Assembly: GCF_902713615.1 (NCBI RefSeq)
Contig: NC_052160.1
Span: 46,404,719-46,468,718, forward strand
Length of the DNA stretch: 64,000 nt
DNA from: Scyliorhinus canicula
Taxonomy: Eukaryota
Reading direction: 5' to 3'
Shown here: piece by piece, positions 23,809 to 36,461 of the stretch
How the letters are laid out: each line of letters opens with the position of its first letter
How positions within the stretch are numbered: position 1 is the stretch's first letter
Made by a program: the position numbers and the translations under genes
Notes under the pieces: generated by a model
Databases searched by the model: none
Told to the model about the DNA's origin: nothing
What the model saw: only the letters and a program-made list of their open reading frames with translations

Positions 23809-25731
23809 CAATTGCTCAGAGCTTCGAGGAGCTGGAGAGGACTGGTCTGGGGGGGGGGGGGTGGAACACAGGGTTTCGCTCTATGCGGATGACCTGCTTC
23901 TGTATGTTGCGGGCCCAATAGAGGGGATGGAAGAAATCATGAGGACTCTCTGAGAATTCGGCCGGTTTTCGGGGTAGAAGCTTAATATGGGAAAGAGTGA
24001 GATGTTTGTGGTCCAGGCGAGGGGACAGGAGGCGACTGGGAGAGCTGCCGTTTAGGTTAGTAGAGGGACGCTTTGGGTACCTAGGCATCCAAGTGGTGTG
24101 GGAATGGGACCGGCTGCATAAATTGAATCTATCCCGGCTGGTGGACCAAATAAAGGACGATTTTCGGAGATGGGACGCGCTTCCATTGTCTCTAGCTGGG
24201 AGGGTGCAAACGGTGAAGATGACGGTCCTCCCGAGATTCCTATTTGTATTTCAGTGTCTCCCCATCTTTATTCCGCACTCCTTTTTTAAGCGGGTCAACA
24301 GAGTGATCACAGGCTTCATCTGGACGGGCAACACCCCACGAGTAAGGAAGGTAATGCTTGAGCGGAGTCTGGGACAGGGTGGGTTGGCACTGCCAAATTT
24401 TAGCTACTATTACTGGGCGGCTAATATAGCCAAGATCAGGAAGTGGGTGGTGGGGGAGGGGTCGGCATGGGTGCGTATGCAGGCGGCTTCATGCAAGGGC
24501 ACCAGTTTGGGGGCGTTGGTAACTGTACCTCTGCCGTTCCTGCCGGCATGGTACTCCACCAGTCCAGTGGTGGCGGTGGCCCTGAGAGTTTGGGGCCAGT
24601 GGAGGTGGCATGTGGAAGCATCGGTCTGGGCCCCAATCTGTGATAATCACCGGTTTGGGCCCCAATCTGTGATAATCACCGGTTTGCCCCGGGGAGTATG
24701 GACGGGGGGTTCCGATTATGGCGGAGCGGGGATTGAGAGGATGTGGTCATAGAGGGGAGATTTCCGAGTATGAGGGCGTTGGAGGAAAAGTTTGGGTTGG
24801 CGAGGGGAAACGTATTTGGGTATCTGGAGGTGCGGGATTTCCTTCGTAAACAGGTGTCAACCTTCCCGCTTCTACTGCTCGGGGATTCAGGACAGGGTAG
24901 TTTCCAGAGGGTGGGTTGGAGAAGGGAGCGTCTCGGACATTTATAAGGAGCTTATGGGATCAGAGGAGACGCAGACCGAGGAGCTGAAGCACAAGTGGGA
25001 GGAGGAGCTGGGAGGTGAGATAGAGGATGGTCTATGGGCAGACGCGTTGAGTACAGCCAACATGTCTGCAATATGTGCCACGCTCAGCCTGATACAATTT
25101 AAGGTTGTTCACCGGGCTCACATGACAGTGGCGCGGATGAGCAGATTCTTTGGGGTGGAGGACAGGTGCGCAAAATGTAAGGGAGGACCGGCGAACCATG
25201 TCCACAGGTTTTGGACATGTCCAAAGCTTAGGGGATTTTAGCAGGGGTTTGTGGACGTCATGTCCACGGTGTTAAAAACAAGGGTGGCGCTGAGTTCAGA
25301 GGTAGCGATTTTCGGGGTGTCAGAAAACCCAGGAATTCAGGAGGAGAAAGAGGCAGACGTCCTGGTCTTTGCTTCCCTGGTAGCCCGGAGACGAATACTA
25401 TTAGCATGGAGGGACTCAAAGCCCCCGAAGTAGGAGACCTGGCTATCGGACATGGCCAGCTTTCTCCGTTTGAAGAACATCAAGTTCGCCTTGAAAGGGT
25501 CACTGTTAGGGTTCACCCAGAGGTAGCAACCGTTCGTCGACTTCTTTGCAGGAAATTAATCGTCAGCAGATGGGGGGGGGTAGTTTAGATTAGAGTAGGG
25601 GGTCAATAAGGGAGGGACCTGTGCAAGAGGTAAAATGGCTTTTGCACTATGTTTATGGTTTCATGTATATTGTTTATTTGGTTGTTGTTACTATACCAAA
25701 AATACCTCAATAAAATGATTATTTAAAAAAT
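23809..25731 (+). mobile_element. L1/Tx1-clade LINE, 5'-truncated
   Basis: SLYADDLL, LPLSLAGRVQTVKM, CAKC...HRFWTC knuckle, AATAAA plus A tail; 15-bp TSD gaatttttcca(c/t)ttg at 23794-23808 and 25732-25746. Confidence 0.92.
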
Positions 25732-25813
25732 GAATTTTTCCATTTGTCCTCTCCACAAAGACAGGGAATTTCCTCCCTTCTAAAAAAAAATCAGTATTAT
25801 AAAAAAATGTACA

Positions 25814-25855
25814 TTTATTTCCGACTAGGAGTACAAATCACAAAACCCTTTTATT
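25814..25855 (-). terminator. Candidate NUDT1 polyadenylation signals
   Basis: Two AATAAA on the minus strand (25850-25855, 25814-25819), ~0.8 kb after the stop codon. Confidence 0.45.
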
Positions 25856-26659
25856 TTGCAGCAAACGGATCAGTCAATTTACATGGAATCTGAACAACAT
25901 CCAGTAACAAACCCTCCAGATCTTAACATGCTCCATGATTTGTTGCTCAGGTGTCGCAGTGAGGCAATGAATTTCCACTTGTGTCCAAAGCTTAAAATTG
26001 CCCAACTCACTTGTATTTGTAAAGTGGGGGAAAGTACACTGCAGCAGAGATTTTCTCAGGTTACTTCTAACAATGTGATGGATCACCGGGGGGAGGTGAA
26101 AGGTCAGGGTGGGGACTACAGGAAAATTGGGCATTGTCCTTGAACAATGTACGTAGCAACCCCACCTAATTATCCTACAATTCTTGTGCTGAAGCATTCC
26201 AGTGCAACAAAACACACCCAGGATCAGGGTTGCAAACTTTTCTAGATTACCTTGGAATTTAAAGATTAGTCATGGCTAAGAGTGGCATAAATGGAAGATT
26301 ATTGGCGAGTCAGGTGGGCCAAATGCTAGTTAACCAATGAGTCAAAAATCATCCAAACAGATATTTAATTGATAAGATGGGGGTGTTGGGTGACCAATGG
26401 TTGATACATGAAGGTGGTGTTGGTGGTTGTGGCAGGGCACGAGGATATAATGACATCTGCCGGAGTAGTCCAACTAGCTTGTGGTTAAATTGGCTATTAA
26501 ACGTCCAAAGCAAAATTGTAAAAATATTAGCAGGATTTAATTCTTCCACCAGAAGAGAAAATTGCAACAGCTCTTGGTAACCATTTGTTACAAAGTATGT
26601 TCCCAGTGGTTCAACTTTCGTTAAAGCCTCCTGTAATTCAAGAGTGCAAATTGTCAGAG

Positions 26660-26850
26660 TCAGGACTCCTTGTCAGCTTCCATCTCATCCATTTCCTGCA
26701 GTGTGTATTCCAGGATGGTGTTATGTCCTTTAAACTTGAAATGACCCTTGAACTTCTTATTCTGGAGCAACAGAGGGAACCAGTAAATGTCATCAGCCCA
26801 CATCTCATCAAACGGGATCTCGTCCAGGTCGAACCATTGTGGGCGCATCT
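26660..26850 (-). CDS. NUDT1: MTH1 last coding exon
   Basis: ttcacag|(E)[62 protein letters not shown]; W-x-D-D substrate residues kept; total CDS 489 nt. Confidence 0.96.
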
Positions 26851-27317
26851 CTGTGAAAAGCAGTTAGGAGGTGACGTTTTTCAAATCCAAAACAGCAATG
26901 TAAAAGCAAGAAAAAGGCTGTGTGACTGTACCAGTGCCAAGGTGCTTCACTGGAGCCTAATCAGACAAAAGTTGACACTGAATCACATAAGATATTAGGG
27001 AAGATGACAAAGCTTGGTCAAAGAGATGAGCTTTAAGGAGTGCCTTAATGGAAGAGAGAGATATGGAGGCAGAGAGTTTTCGGGAAGGAATTCTAGAACC
27101 TCGGGCCCAGATAGCCGGAGACATGCCTCCTACTGGTGGAGGGGCTAAAATTGGTGATATCCATCCTCCACAAGGCCAGAATTGAGGAATGTGGATGTTT
27201 CAGGATTGTATGTCAGGAGGAAGACAGAGGCAAGGCCATCGTGGATTTTAACACATGCTCACTATACCCGAAAGCACCTTTCAATCAATGAACTATTTTT
27301 GAAGCAAGGTTATTTAC

Positions 27318-27463
27318 CTTCCGATTCCACTGGTTCCCCTTGGTAACTATCTGTGCGGAATATGTGAACATCCAGCAATTCCCTCTCACCGACAAATTCA
27401 AACTTGATCTGACCGACTTTTTCCAAGCTCTCAACAGCCAGACTGCTCTCCTCCCACAATTCT
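27318..27463 (-). CDS. NUDT1: MTH1 second coding exon (146 nt), completes the Nudix box
   Basis: cctcag|(R)[48 protein letters not shown]|gtaaat. Confidence 0.95.
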
Positions 27464-28385
27464 CTGAGGAAGGAATTACCTTTTCTTTAAAAGACAAATT
27501 TTCAAAATGGTTGCGAAAAAGCATTTCTGATGGATAGAGCACAGGAAATAGGAGCAGGCCATCACCCCCTTGTTTTGCCATTCAACTAGATCATGTCTGA
27601 TCAGTACAATATTGTAACTCCATTGAACAGCACTAACTTGTATTCACTGATGCGCATTGATGAAAGGCCCTAATGCCTCATGGTTAAAGGTAGGGTGATA
27701 CTAAGCCTGGTTCTGGATTCAAACTCATGTCTCTGATAAACTGGCTGGAGTACTGTGTCTATTACTGGGCACCACAGTTTAGGAAGAGAGGAAGCAGAAA
27801 AGGTTTACTAGAATAGTACCAGAAATGAGTGACTTCAGTTGTGTGGAGAGACTCAACAAGCGACAGCTGCTCTGCTTTGAGCAGAAAATGAAGGTTAAGG
27901 TGAGATTTAATAGAGGTATTCAAATTTGAGGGGTTTTGAAAGAAATCGGGAGAAACTGGTTCCACTGATAGGACAGAGGTCATAGTTTTAAGATAATTAG
28001 CAAAGGAAAGAGGACATTAGAAGATTCTTGTTTTAGGAAGTGAGGCGCATTTATCAAGAATACATTGTCTAAAAGGGTGTTGGAGCAAGTTCAATAACCG
28101 TCAACGCGTTGGATAAATCATTGTAAAGGAAAAAATGGGTTATGGGGAAAGAGGAGAGGAAGTGATACTAATTGGATAGCTTCTTCAAAGGGCTGGACAT
28201 GGGCCAAATGTTCTTTGCTCTAAGATTCGATGGGCTGAGTACTCCTGCACTAGAAAGGAGGAATCAGCTGAGATCCACACTCCTGATCAATGTCCAGAGA
28301 TCTCAGCTGGGGCAAATACACACGTGTGGATCAGATTACAATTGGACATGCCTGTGATGCCTTCTCTGGTCGTAAAGTGCACAAC

Positions 28386-28711
28386 ACGGTGGTGCAGTGG
28401 TTAGCACTACTACCTCACGGTGCCAGGAACCTGGGTTCGATTCACATCTTGGGTGCCAGTCTGTGTGGGGTTTGCACTTTCTCCCCGTGTCTGCGTGGGT
28501 TTCACCCCCCCCCCCGGTGTCTGCATGGGTTTCCCCCGGGTGCTCCAGTTTCCTCCCACAGTTATGTGCAGGTTTAGATTGGACATGCCATATTGCCCCT
28601 TAAGTGAGGTTCCAAGGCAGGAGATGCAGCCGATGCAGGGTGGTCTTTCAAAGGGTTGGTGCAGACTCTATGGGGCCCAATGGCCTCTTTCTGTACTGTA
28701 GGGATTCTATG
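28386..28711 (+). mobile_element. Diverged HE1-like V-SINE in a NUDT1 intron
   Basis: Head, V-domain with a local duplication, CR1-type tail. Confidence 0.8.
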
Positions 28712-28825
28712 AACACACTGTTCTAGGCTTGGAGGGTGGCTAGAATTGTACCCCAGTGAGCGTTGCCCCACCTTTATCAGCAGCGGGGGAGGGGGCAGGA
28801 AAATGTGTTAAAAGCTCTATGTTAC

Positions 28826-28977
28826 CTCTTTGCTCCTTCCTCTATGGTTTCTCCGGGCTCCACTTTACCCCCAAACCCATTCCAGCGGCCAGCTCCAAAC
28901 CCTCGTTTCTTCAATCCGAGGAGGATCTTCTGTTGCCTCAGCACCATCACGAGGGTCAACAGTTTTGGGGTGACCAT
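28826..28977 (-). CDS. NUDT1: 8-oxo-dGTPase MTH1, first coding exon (152 nt)
   Basis: aagATGG start; [50 protein letters not shown](R); donor AG|gtaaca. Confidence 0.95.
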
Positions 28978-29499
28978 CTTTCCGCAACAATGTCTTCTCA
29001 ATGGCTGGCAGCTCTTGGTTAGGAAGAAATGAGCGTAAAACAGCTTTGATATTCCATTCCATAACTTGTATTTACTCTACAGCAAAATAAAACCTATCGA
29101 GGTGCATCACAGGAGTCTAATCAGAAAAAAAAGAGATATTGGGACAGGCGACCAAAAGCTTGGTTAAACTGGGTTTAAGCAGTGTCTTAAAAGAGGGCCA
29201 TCAATGGATTGGGTGGGGGGGGGGGGGGGGGGAGAGCTGGGACGTGAAACAGGCGGGAGGGGAGGAATGCAGAGACTGGGAAGGTTGTAGGGCTGGTGAA
29301 GGTTACACAAGTAGGGAGAGGTGGGGCCTTGATGCAATCACAATCTTCAATAGTGCAGTTCACAGCCTCTTTAAAACAAAACTATTTAGCTTGGAAGACA
29401 ACGGGATGTGCGAGGAGGATGGTGGGAACATAAGAAAATAAAAATTCGCATTAACGTAGCACATTTTACGTCTCTAGGACCTCCCTTTCCAGACAGTTT

Positions 29500-30100
29500 T
29501 TGAAGTGCTGGTCACTTTTATAATGTAACGTTCTCGCTGCAACTGCAGTTCCCCGAGTCGGGAGCACTGGGTAGTTCGAACGCCTGGATGCTCGCAACCG
29601 AACAATGTATCCATTCTGACTGCTGAAAGATGTTACATTAGCGAGGCCGGGACAGCTACCTGGTTGATTCACAGCTCGCCTCCCGCAGGCTGCACTTTCT
29701 TTCACACCTGCAATGGGACAGAAGGTTTCAGAGTCGCTCCAACTTCTCCCACCGCCAATGATTAGAATTGAATCGGAGTTTGTCGACAGGCACACACAAG
29801 GCGAGTTACGCTCTATACACACCGGATGGAAACACAAAAAAAGAGAACCGTTTTGCGCAGTGTTGTTTCTGTGTGGCCAATTTTATAAAACCGAGTGAAT
29901 GCGTTTCAAATCTGATGTTTCAATTGGAAATAAATATCTGCGCGGCCGCTTCAGGATAGGTTCTTGCTAAGGTTCATCTTGCCTGTTTGCGGGGTTTGGT
30001 TTCCTGGGGGAAAGTTAGATGTGACTCAAGGGTCCGGGATTAGGTTCTTTCAGAACAATTTGGTGCCGCATTGCCTGGTTAAGGCTCCGTTTGTGATCTG
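29500..30100. promoter_or_regulatory. Probable NUDT1/MRM2 bidirectional promoter region
   Basis: CpG-enriched, largely non-repetitive DNA between divergent genes; CCAAT at 29755 and 29877; GCGGCCGC at 29942; both first coding exons have upstream acceptors, implying 5' UTR exons here. Confidence 0.5.
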
Positions 30101-30522
30101 GATTTATTTGAAGCGCTTTATGTCACCATCGAACACTTAGGACAATAAACTGGCACTCACCGCCATGCCCTTTCACCGAATCGTCATCATTTGTATTGAT
30201 ATTGCGCCTTCAACGTGGTAAAGCGTCCAAAGAGGCTTCACAGGAGTATTATCAAGTAGAATTTGATACCGAGCCACCACGTAGGATATTGTGAACAAAA
30301 TACTGCGAATTCTGAAACAAGAACCGAGGGTGCTGGAAACATTAAGAAGGTCTGCCAGCATCATTAGGAGAGAAACCGAGTTACAGTTTTGAGTCCTTAG
30401 TGTCCTCCTCAGACCTGAAGGGAGGGAAAACGTAGAAACTACAGCAAAAATTGGCTACTTTACAAAATATATAGTTTTATTGGCATTTTCAGCTTATACT
30501 AAGTTTGACGTGTAAGGCCCAT

Positions 30523-30906
30523 GGGGTGGGATTCTCTGATCCTGAAGCTAAGTGTTGACACCATCGGGAAACGCTGTTGCGTTTCTCGACGGCGTGAACA
30601 CGGCCCCAGGATCAGCAATTCTGGCCCCTACAGGGGGCCAGCAAGGTGCTGAGCGGTTCACGCCGTTTCAGCTGCTGATCCAGCCGTGGAATGGGCGCCG
30701 GTGGATGCGCAGTGGGTCCGGCGCGAACCCGCGCATGCGCAGTCCCACCAGCGCGATTTCCACGCATGCGTGGTGTCTCCTGCGCTGGCCCTGACCCAAC
30801 ATGGCGCAGGAGTACAGGCGCCGGCTCAGAAGAAAGGAGGCCGGGAGTGATAGAGGCCGGCTCGCTGATTGGTGGGTCCCGATCGCGGGCCAGGCCACAT
30901 CAGAGG
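30523..30906. mobile_element. GC/CpG-rich non-autonomous element fragment (MITE-like)
   Basis: Starts ggggtgggattctct; related in style to 51766-52310, which starts ggctggattctcc; second terminus not found. Confidence 0.4.
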
Positions 30907-30907
30907 C

Positions 30908-31100
30908 TACCCTCTCTCCTCCCCTTGCTCTCTCCCTCCCTCCTCCCCTTGCCCTGTCCCTCCTCCTCCCCTTGCCCTGTCCCTCCCTCCTCCCCTTGCC
31001 CTCTCCCTCTCTCCTCCCCTTGCTCTCTCCCTCCCTCCTCCCTTGCCCGCTCCCTCCCTCCTCCCCTGCCCTCTCCCTCCCTCCTCCCCTTGCCCTCCGC
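30908..31100. repeat. Polypyrimidine minisatellite, unit ~ctccctccctcctccccttgccct
   Basis: About eight degenerate 20-24 bp units. Confidence 0.9.
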
Positions 31101-31868
31101 TTCGTTTTGTGCTGTCTTTGGGATCCCTTCTTCCCCTCTGCAGCAACAGGCCCAACCGGTAGACGAGATGCTGCTCCTCCAGCTTGCGCTGGGCTTGAAG
31201 ATGTTAGTTCAGATAACCAAGAGCTTGACCAAAGAGGTAGATTTTAGGTGGGTATTAAAGGAAGAGATGGAGGGAATTACAGAGGTTGGGGTCCAGTCGG
31301 CTTGGCTGCCAGATTGGAGCGAGTAAAATCGGCAGTCTGCAGGAGAGCAGAATTGGAGGAAAGCAGAGATTGTGGAGGATTGTAGGGCTAGAGGAGGTGA
31401 CATAAACAGTCCACAAAGCCAATGGCTGTCTGAATCCACTTACTGTTACAATGTGGTTGACCTGCAAATGTAATCACGAGTGAAGGTGAGACCACCTCTG
31501 CTCTACTCCAACGCTAATGCTGCTGAGACTCTTGCCCATGCTTCACTAACTCCTACACTCTACTCCCTGATCTCCACTCTCTCCTCGCTGGTCTCCCACA
31601 TTCCATACCCTTCAAACTTTAACTCATCCAAACCACAGTAACCCGCACCCTATTCCTCATTGCATTCTGCACCCCGATTGCCTGTCCTTATTGATTTCCA
31701 CTTTGATAAAGGTGCTATTATAAATGCAAGTTGTTGCCACCATCATCCACTCTACATCTCAACTGACCTATTGCTGAGTGGAATCTGTCCAGGGTGAGGG
31801 GAGGCCGAGGGAGAGATGATGGAACTAGGGGATAAGTGGAAGAAACAAATGGTGCTTAAAAATGGTAA

Positions 31869-32183
<315 letters not shown>

Positions 32184-33253
32184 TGACATAAAAATCACAT
32201 TTTTAAATCTGTGACAGGAGCAAACCCTTCGGGGTCTGCAAGGTAATCAAGTTATTGATAATCTGGATTGTGGGTACGTTTTGCTGCAAATGTTAAGTGC
32301 AATTTGTTGTAAAGAAAATATTATGTCTACTTGTTTATTTACTAACATTATTTCTGCTGCTGTTTAATAAAACATTTTGGCAACAAATAGTGCTGTTATT
32401 TGAAATTTAGGACAAGGGTATATGTTATTATTTATAGGGCATCCCCAGGTGTGAGTAAGTATCTTAAGGGGATTTCCAGGGATCTGTTGGTATTTTCAGA
32501 GGGTCCCACGCGTGTGCCTGTATTTATAGAGGTCCTCAGCAGTCTGTTAGTATTTGCTGAGGTGCCCAGGAGGGCATTCGTATTTGCAGGTTCTGGGGCA
32601 TGTCAGCATTTCGTGAGCTCAGGATTTTCGAAAGTACCTTCGAGCCAGTGAAGTACCTTTTGAAGCATTGTAATGTAGGTAATATGATCAATTTGCACAC
32701 AAGGTGCCAGAAGCATCAATATGATTATGACCTGAATAAATTATCTGTTCTTGAAGATGTTGGCTCAGGGATAATTATCGGCCAAGACAGCAGGAAGAAC
32801 TCCCCCGCTCTTCATCGAATAGTGCCATATGATCTAGTGGCACATCCAGCATTGTGGTGAAAGGATAGAGAGAAAATATGAATGAATGAATAATCCGACA
32901 CATCGTTAGTTTGCAATTCTCTTAATCATTCTTTGTCATTCAGAAGCATCAACTTTTCTTAAGTGCTTTTCTACAATTGGATAAGGTACCAACCTGCAAA
33001 TTTCTCACACTCTGTATTCTTCCCCTTGGAGAAGGAAACATGCAAAATTAACGGAACTAATCACGATAAATGTGTCTGGAAATATGCCTCCTCTTGACTA
33101 ATGTCGGTTTAGATGAAGGAACATAATTAAATATTATTTAATAATAATGTAGGGAAGGGATTGGGAAAACAGTCAAATGGGGCCTGTTTCAAAACATGAT
33201 GTGCCTCTGTTCAGGTTTGTTGATGATCTTCTTTTCGTTTCCCCTGATTCCAG

Positions 33254-33678
33254 ATCTGGATGTCCCTGTAGGTTTTGTATTGGGAGTTGACCTTTTACAC
33301 ATCCCCCCACTGGATGGTGCTGTGTTCCTGACTCATTCTGACCTCCAGGAGCCTGCAGTTCAAGCAAGAATACAGGAATCCCTGCCAGCGGGAGAGGCCC
33401 AGGTCATCCTGAGCGACGTAGCACCGAACGCCAGTGGGATCCGTGAGCTGGACCAGCAGCAATTGACTGAGCTGTGCTTCTGCGTTTTCGAGCTGGCCAG
33501 GAGGGTCCTCAGTCCTGGTGGCACCTTGCTCTGTAAATTCTGGGATGGGACTAACAGCCGTCTCCTCCACAGCCGACTTGCCCAATTGTTTAGAGAGGTG
33601 AAGACTTTAAAACCGGCTGCGAGCAGGAAGGAGTCATCGGAGATCTACTATTTGGCAAAATACTACAGGAAGAGCTGA
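33254..33678 (+). CDS. MRM2: MRM2 last coding exon
   Basis: ttccag|(D)LDVPVGFVLGVDLL...VILSDVAPNASG...LLCKFW...KPAASRKESSEIYYLAKYYRKS*; K-D-K-E catalytic tetrad complete; AATAAA at 34288. Confidence 0.96.
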
Positions 33679-33794
33679 CGTTTTGGAGTGACTGTTTATG
33701 CTCATGGAAATTTACATTGCAAGCTCACAATTTTGTGGGACTATTTGTTCATTTATCTTTTTTTCCCCATCCCTCCACCACCTAGTGAGGGGAA

Positions 33795-34207
33795 AAATGC
33801 ATTTCTGTACTGCCTTTCACAACCACTAAACATCTCAAAATGCTTTATAGCAATGAAGTACTTTTGAAGTGTAATCATTGTTGTAATGGAAGAAATGTAG
33901 CAGCAAATTCTTATAAACAGCAATCTGATAACCAGATAACCTGCTTTTGTGATGTTGATTGAGGGATAAATATTGGCCAGGACACTGGGGGAGAATCTTT
34001 GCTCTTCAAAATAGTGTTATGGGATCTTTTATGTTCATCTGAGAAGGCCTTAGTTTAATTCTTTGTCCAAAAGATGACAGTGCAATGCTGATTCAGTGCT
34101 GCATGGAGTGCGAGCTGGGACTTTTGCTCATGCCTCTGGAATGGGAATTGAACTCAGTTACTCCTGACTCAGAGGTGAGAGCACTACCCACTAAGCTACA
34201 GCTGACA
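33795..34207 (-). mobile_element. Old DeuSINE-like element in the probable MRM2 3' UTR
   Basis: Homologous to 5870-6292. Confidence 0.65.
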
Positions 34208-34340
34208 CTTTATGATCACTGCTGCCCTGTAATTCGTTGCCAGGAGATGCGCTGGAAGTCTGGATATATGTCACTCTGTTTTGCAAAAATAAAAATTCTC
34301 CCTCTCCCCTACCCCCAGCGCGTAGTCAGTTAACTGACAT

Positions 34341-34513
34341 GGGGCGGGTTTAGCACAGTGGGCTAAATCGCTGGCTCGTAATGCAGATTACAGCCAGCAG
34401 CAGAGGTTCAATTCCTGTACCAGCCTCCCCGAACAAGCGCAGGAATGTGGCGACTAGGGGCTTTTCACAATAACTTCATTGAAGCCTACTTGTGACAATA
34501 AGTGATTATTATT
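34341..34513 (+). mobile_element. Short tRNA-derived SINE without V-domain
   Basis: Head with ggttcaattcc B box joined to the (att)n-ending tail; second copy at 62261. Confidence 0.8.
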
Positions 34514-35049
34514 AAAATTGAATCACTTTAAATTGTGTGTCTCATGACCTCAGGACATCCCAAAGTGCTTTACAGCCAATTAAGTTTTTTTGAGTTGTAG
34601 ACACTGTTATCAGGATTACAGCAGCTAATTTCTGCACAACAAGCTCCCACAAACAGCAGTAAAATGAATTGTTGTCGATGAAATTAATGAGCTGACTGTG
34701 TGTTTTTCATGATGCTGGTTGATGGATAAACATTGGCTAAGACAGCGGGAAGAATGTCTCTGCTTTGAAAATTGGTCGTACACTCTGGCATTTTATAGTT
34801 AGTTTCACTGCTTGATATTTGCTACTCACTAGGTTGGAGCTCCTTAATGGCATCAGCCACCTCTCTTTCAGAGATAGGAACATTTTGGCCCAGCCGTTGA
34901 TCCTCCGATGTTTTAGGAATCTGGAGGGAAGAAAGAAGTGTTCAATACTTGTCAGTACATTCACAGACTGGCCCATCTTATACAACATCGAGGGGCGAAG
35001 GGTCTGTTCTGTGCTGTACTGTTCTGTGTTCTAACTCAACATAAAAATT

Positions 35050-35800
35050 CCTAAATGCCTCACTAATGTCCACAGTTCTAATGAATCGATTACCCCTGGA
35101 ATCATATATGGAGGGGATAGGCCTAGAATCGGCCCTCTTCTTAGTCAAGAAAGCCAAGTATTTACTCGCTTGTTCCCAAACTCAGACACTTTTTGCATTG
35201 AGAACTTTAATCTCCTCTCAGCCCGCTGGGTCAGTAAGGAATCAAGTGCCACCCGAGCTGCCTTAATCTCCCTCAACAGCTGTCAGTTAGGCTTCCTCCC
35301 ATACTCCTTGTCCACTTCGGCCAATCTAACTTCCAACCGGTGCTGGCTTTCCAGCATTCAATGCTTATTGTTGATTGTGTAAGAAATAACCAACCCCCTA
35401 GCATAGGCCTTGCAAGTCTCCCACGAAATGGAGAGATTCACATCAGAAAAGGAGTTTCCTTAAAATGCACGGTAAAGGATTTATCCGTAAGCAAGGAAGC
35501 TTCAAAATGCCATGACCTAGATCGAGGGCAAGGGAGGCCTTTGAGTAAAAGCTCAAGGAAAATAGGAGCATGGTCAGAGATCAGTGATGCTACCTATCGA
35601 GCAGGTGGATACCTGGATCGCTCTAGGTATAAATAAATAGTCAATTCTAGTGTGGCATTGACGAGGAGCCGAGAAAAATATGAATTCTTTATCTCTAGGA
35701 TGTAGTGCCCTCCATACCTCCAAGTACTCCACTTCCTCACAAACCGATACCAATGCCATTTCCTGAAGGATGGGGTATTTCTGGTCACTGGGAGCTTATC
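35050..35800 (-). mobile_element. Old L1 endonuclease fragment
   Basis: LEVWRALHPRDKEFIFFS...HTRIDYLF. Confidence 0.65.
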
Positions 35801-36418
35801 CACTGTGGTGCATGTAGGAATTTCTGATGTATTGTATTATAGGTATTTAGTGCAGTAAGTGTTAAAAGCCTGGGTTACTGTGTGTGTGACTGCTGCAGTT
35901 GGGTTTTAAAGAGCCTTGGTTTGAAAGGTTGGGAGTCAGGGGTGCAATTAAAGCCTTGTAAAAGGTTTAAGCTAATGGAATTTTGTGTGATTAAGGAGAT
36001 TCCTTGTGGAACAAAGACCAATACAGCACAGAAACAGGTCCTTTGGCCTTCCAAGCCTGTACTGGTCATGATACCACCCTTGACCAAAACCCTCAGCACG
36101 TCCTTGTGCCGTATCCCTCTACACCCATCCTAAAGGATGGAGTTATTTAGATTTCAGCTTGGTGGGCTTCTGGTGATGGCGATGTGCTGAGTAGTCGCAC
36201 ATCAGCTGGCTCTCCTCCATAAGACAAAAAAAGGCACTTTTGGCTGAATTTAGCCCACAAAATCGGGCTTAAACATCCCCTTACCCTCAACCTTAGCACG
36301 GAGATAAAAATGCCAGGAAGCAGCAGCTCGAGAGACTGCAGGGGCACCAGGAATTGTGGCAAAGGACAGAAGCGGTGAGCAAGCGGGTCGACGGACCCAC
36401 GAGGCGAAAGGTCGCCGG

Positions 36419-36419
<1 letters not shown>

Positions 36420-36460
<41 letters not shown>
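36420..36460. repeat. (CT)n microsatellite
   Basis: About 20 CT units. Confidence 0.95.

Positions 36461-36461
<1 letters not shown>

Noticed and set aside
23997-24752. 251-aa ORF, the longest in the window
   Set aside because: Fragment of a frameshifted, 5'-truncated L1 ORF2, with no sign of domestication
30691-31326. Pro/Leu/Ser-rich ORFs of 148-211 aa
   Set aside because: Artefacts of a stop-poor GC-rich insert and the CT minisatellite
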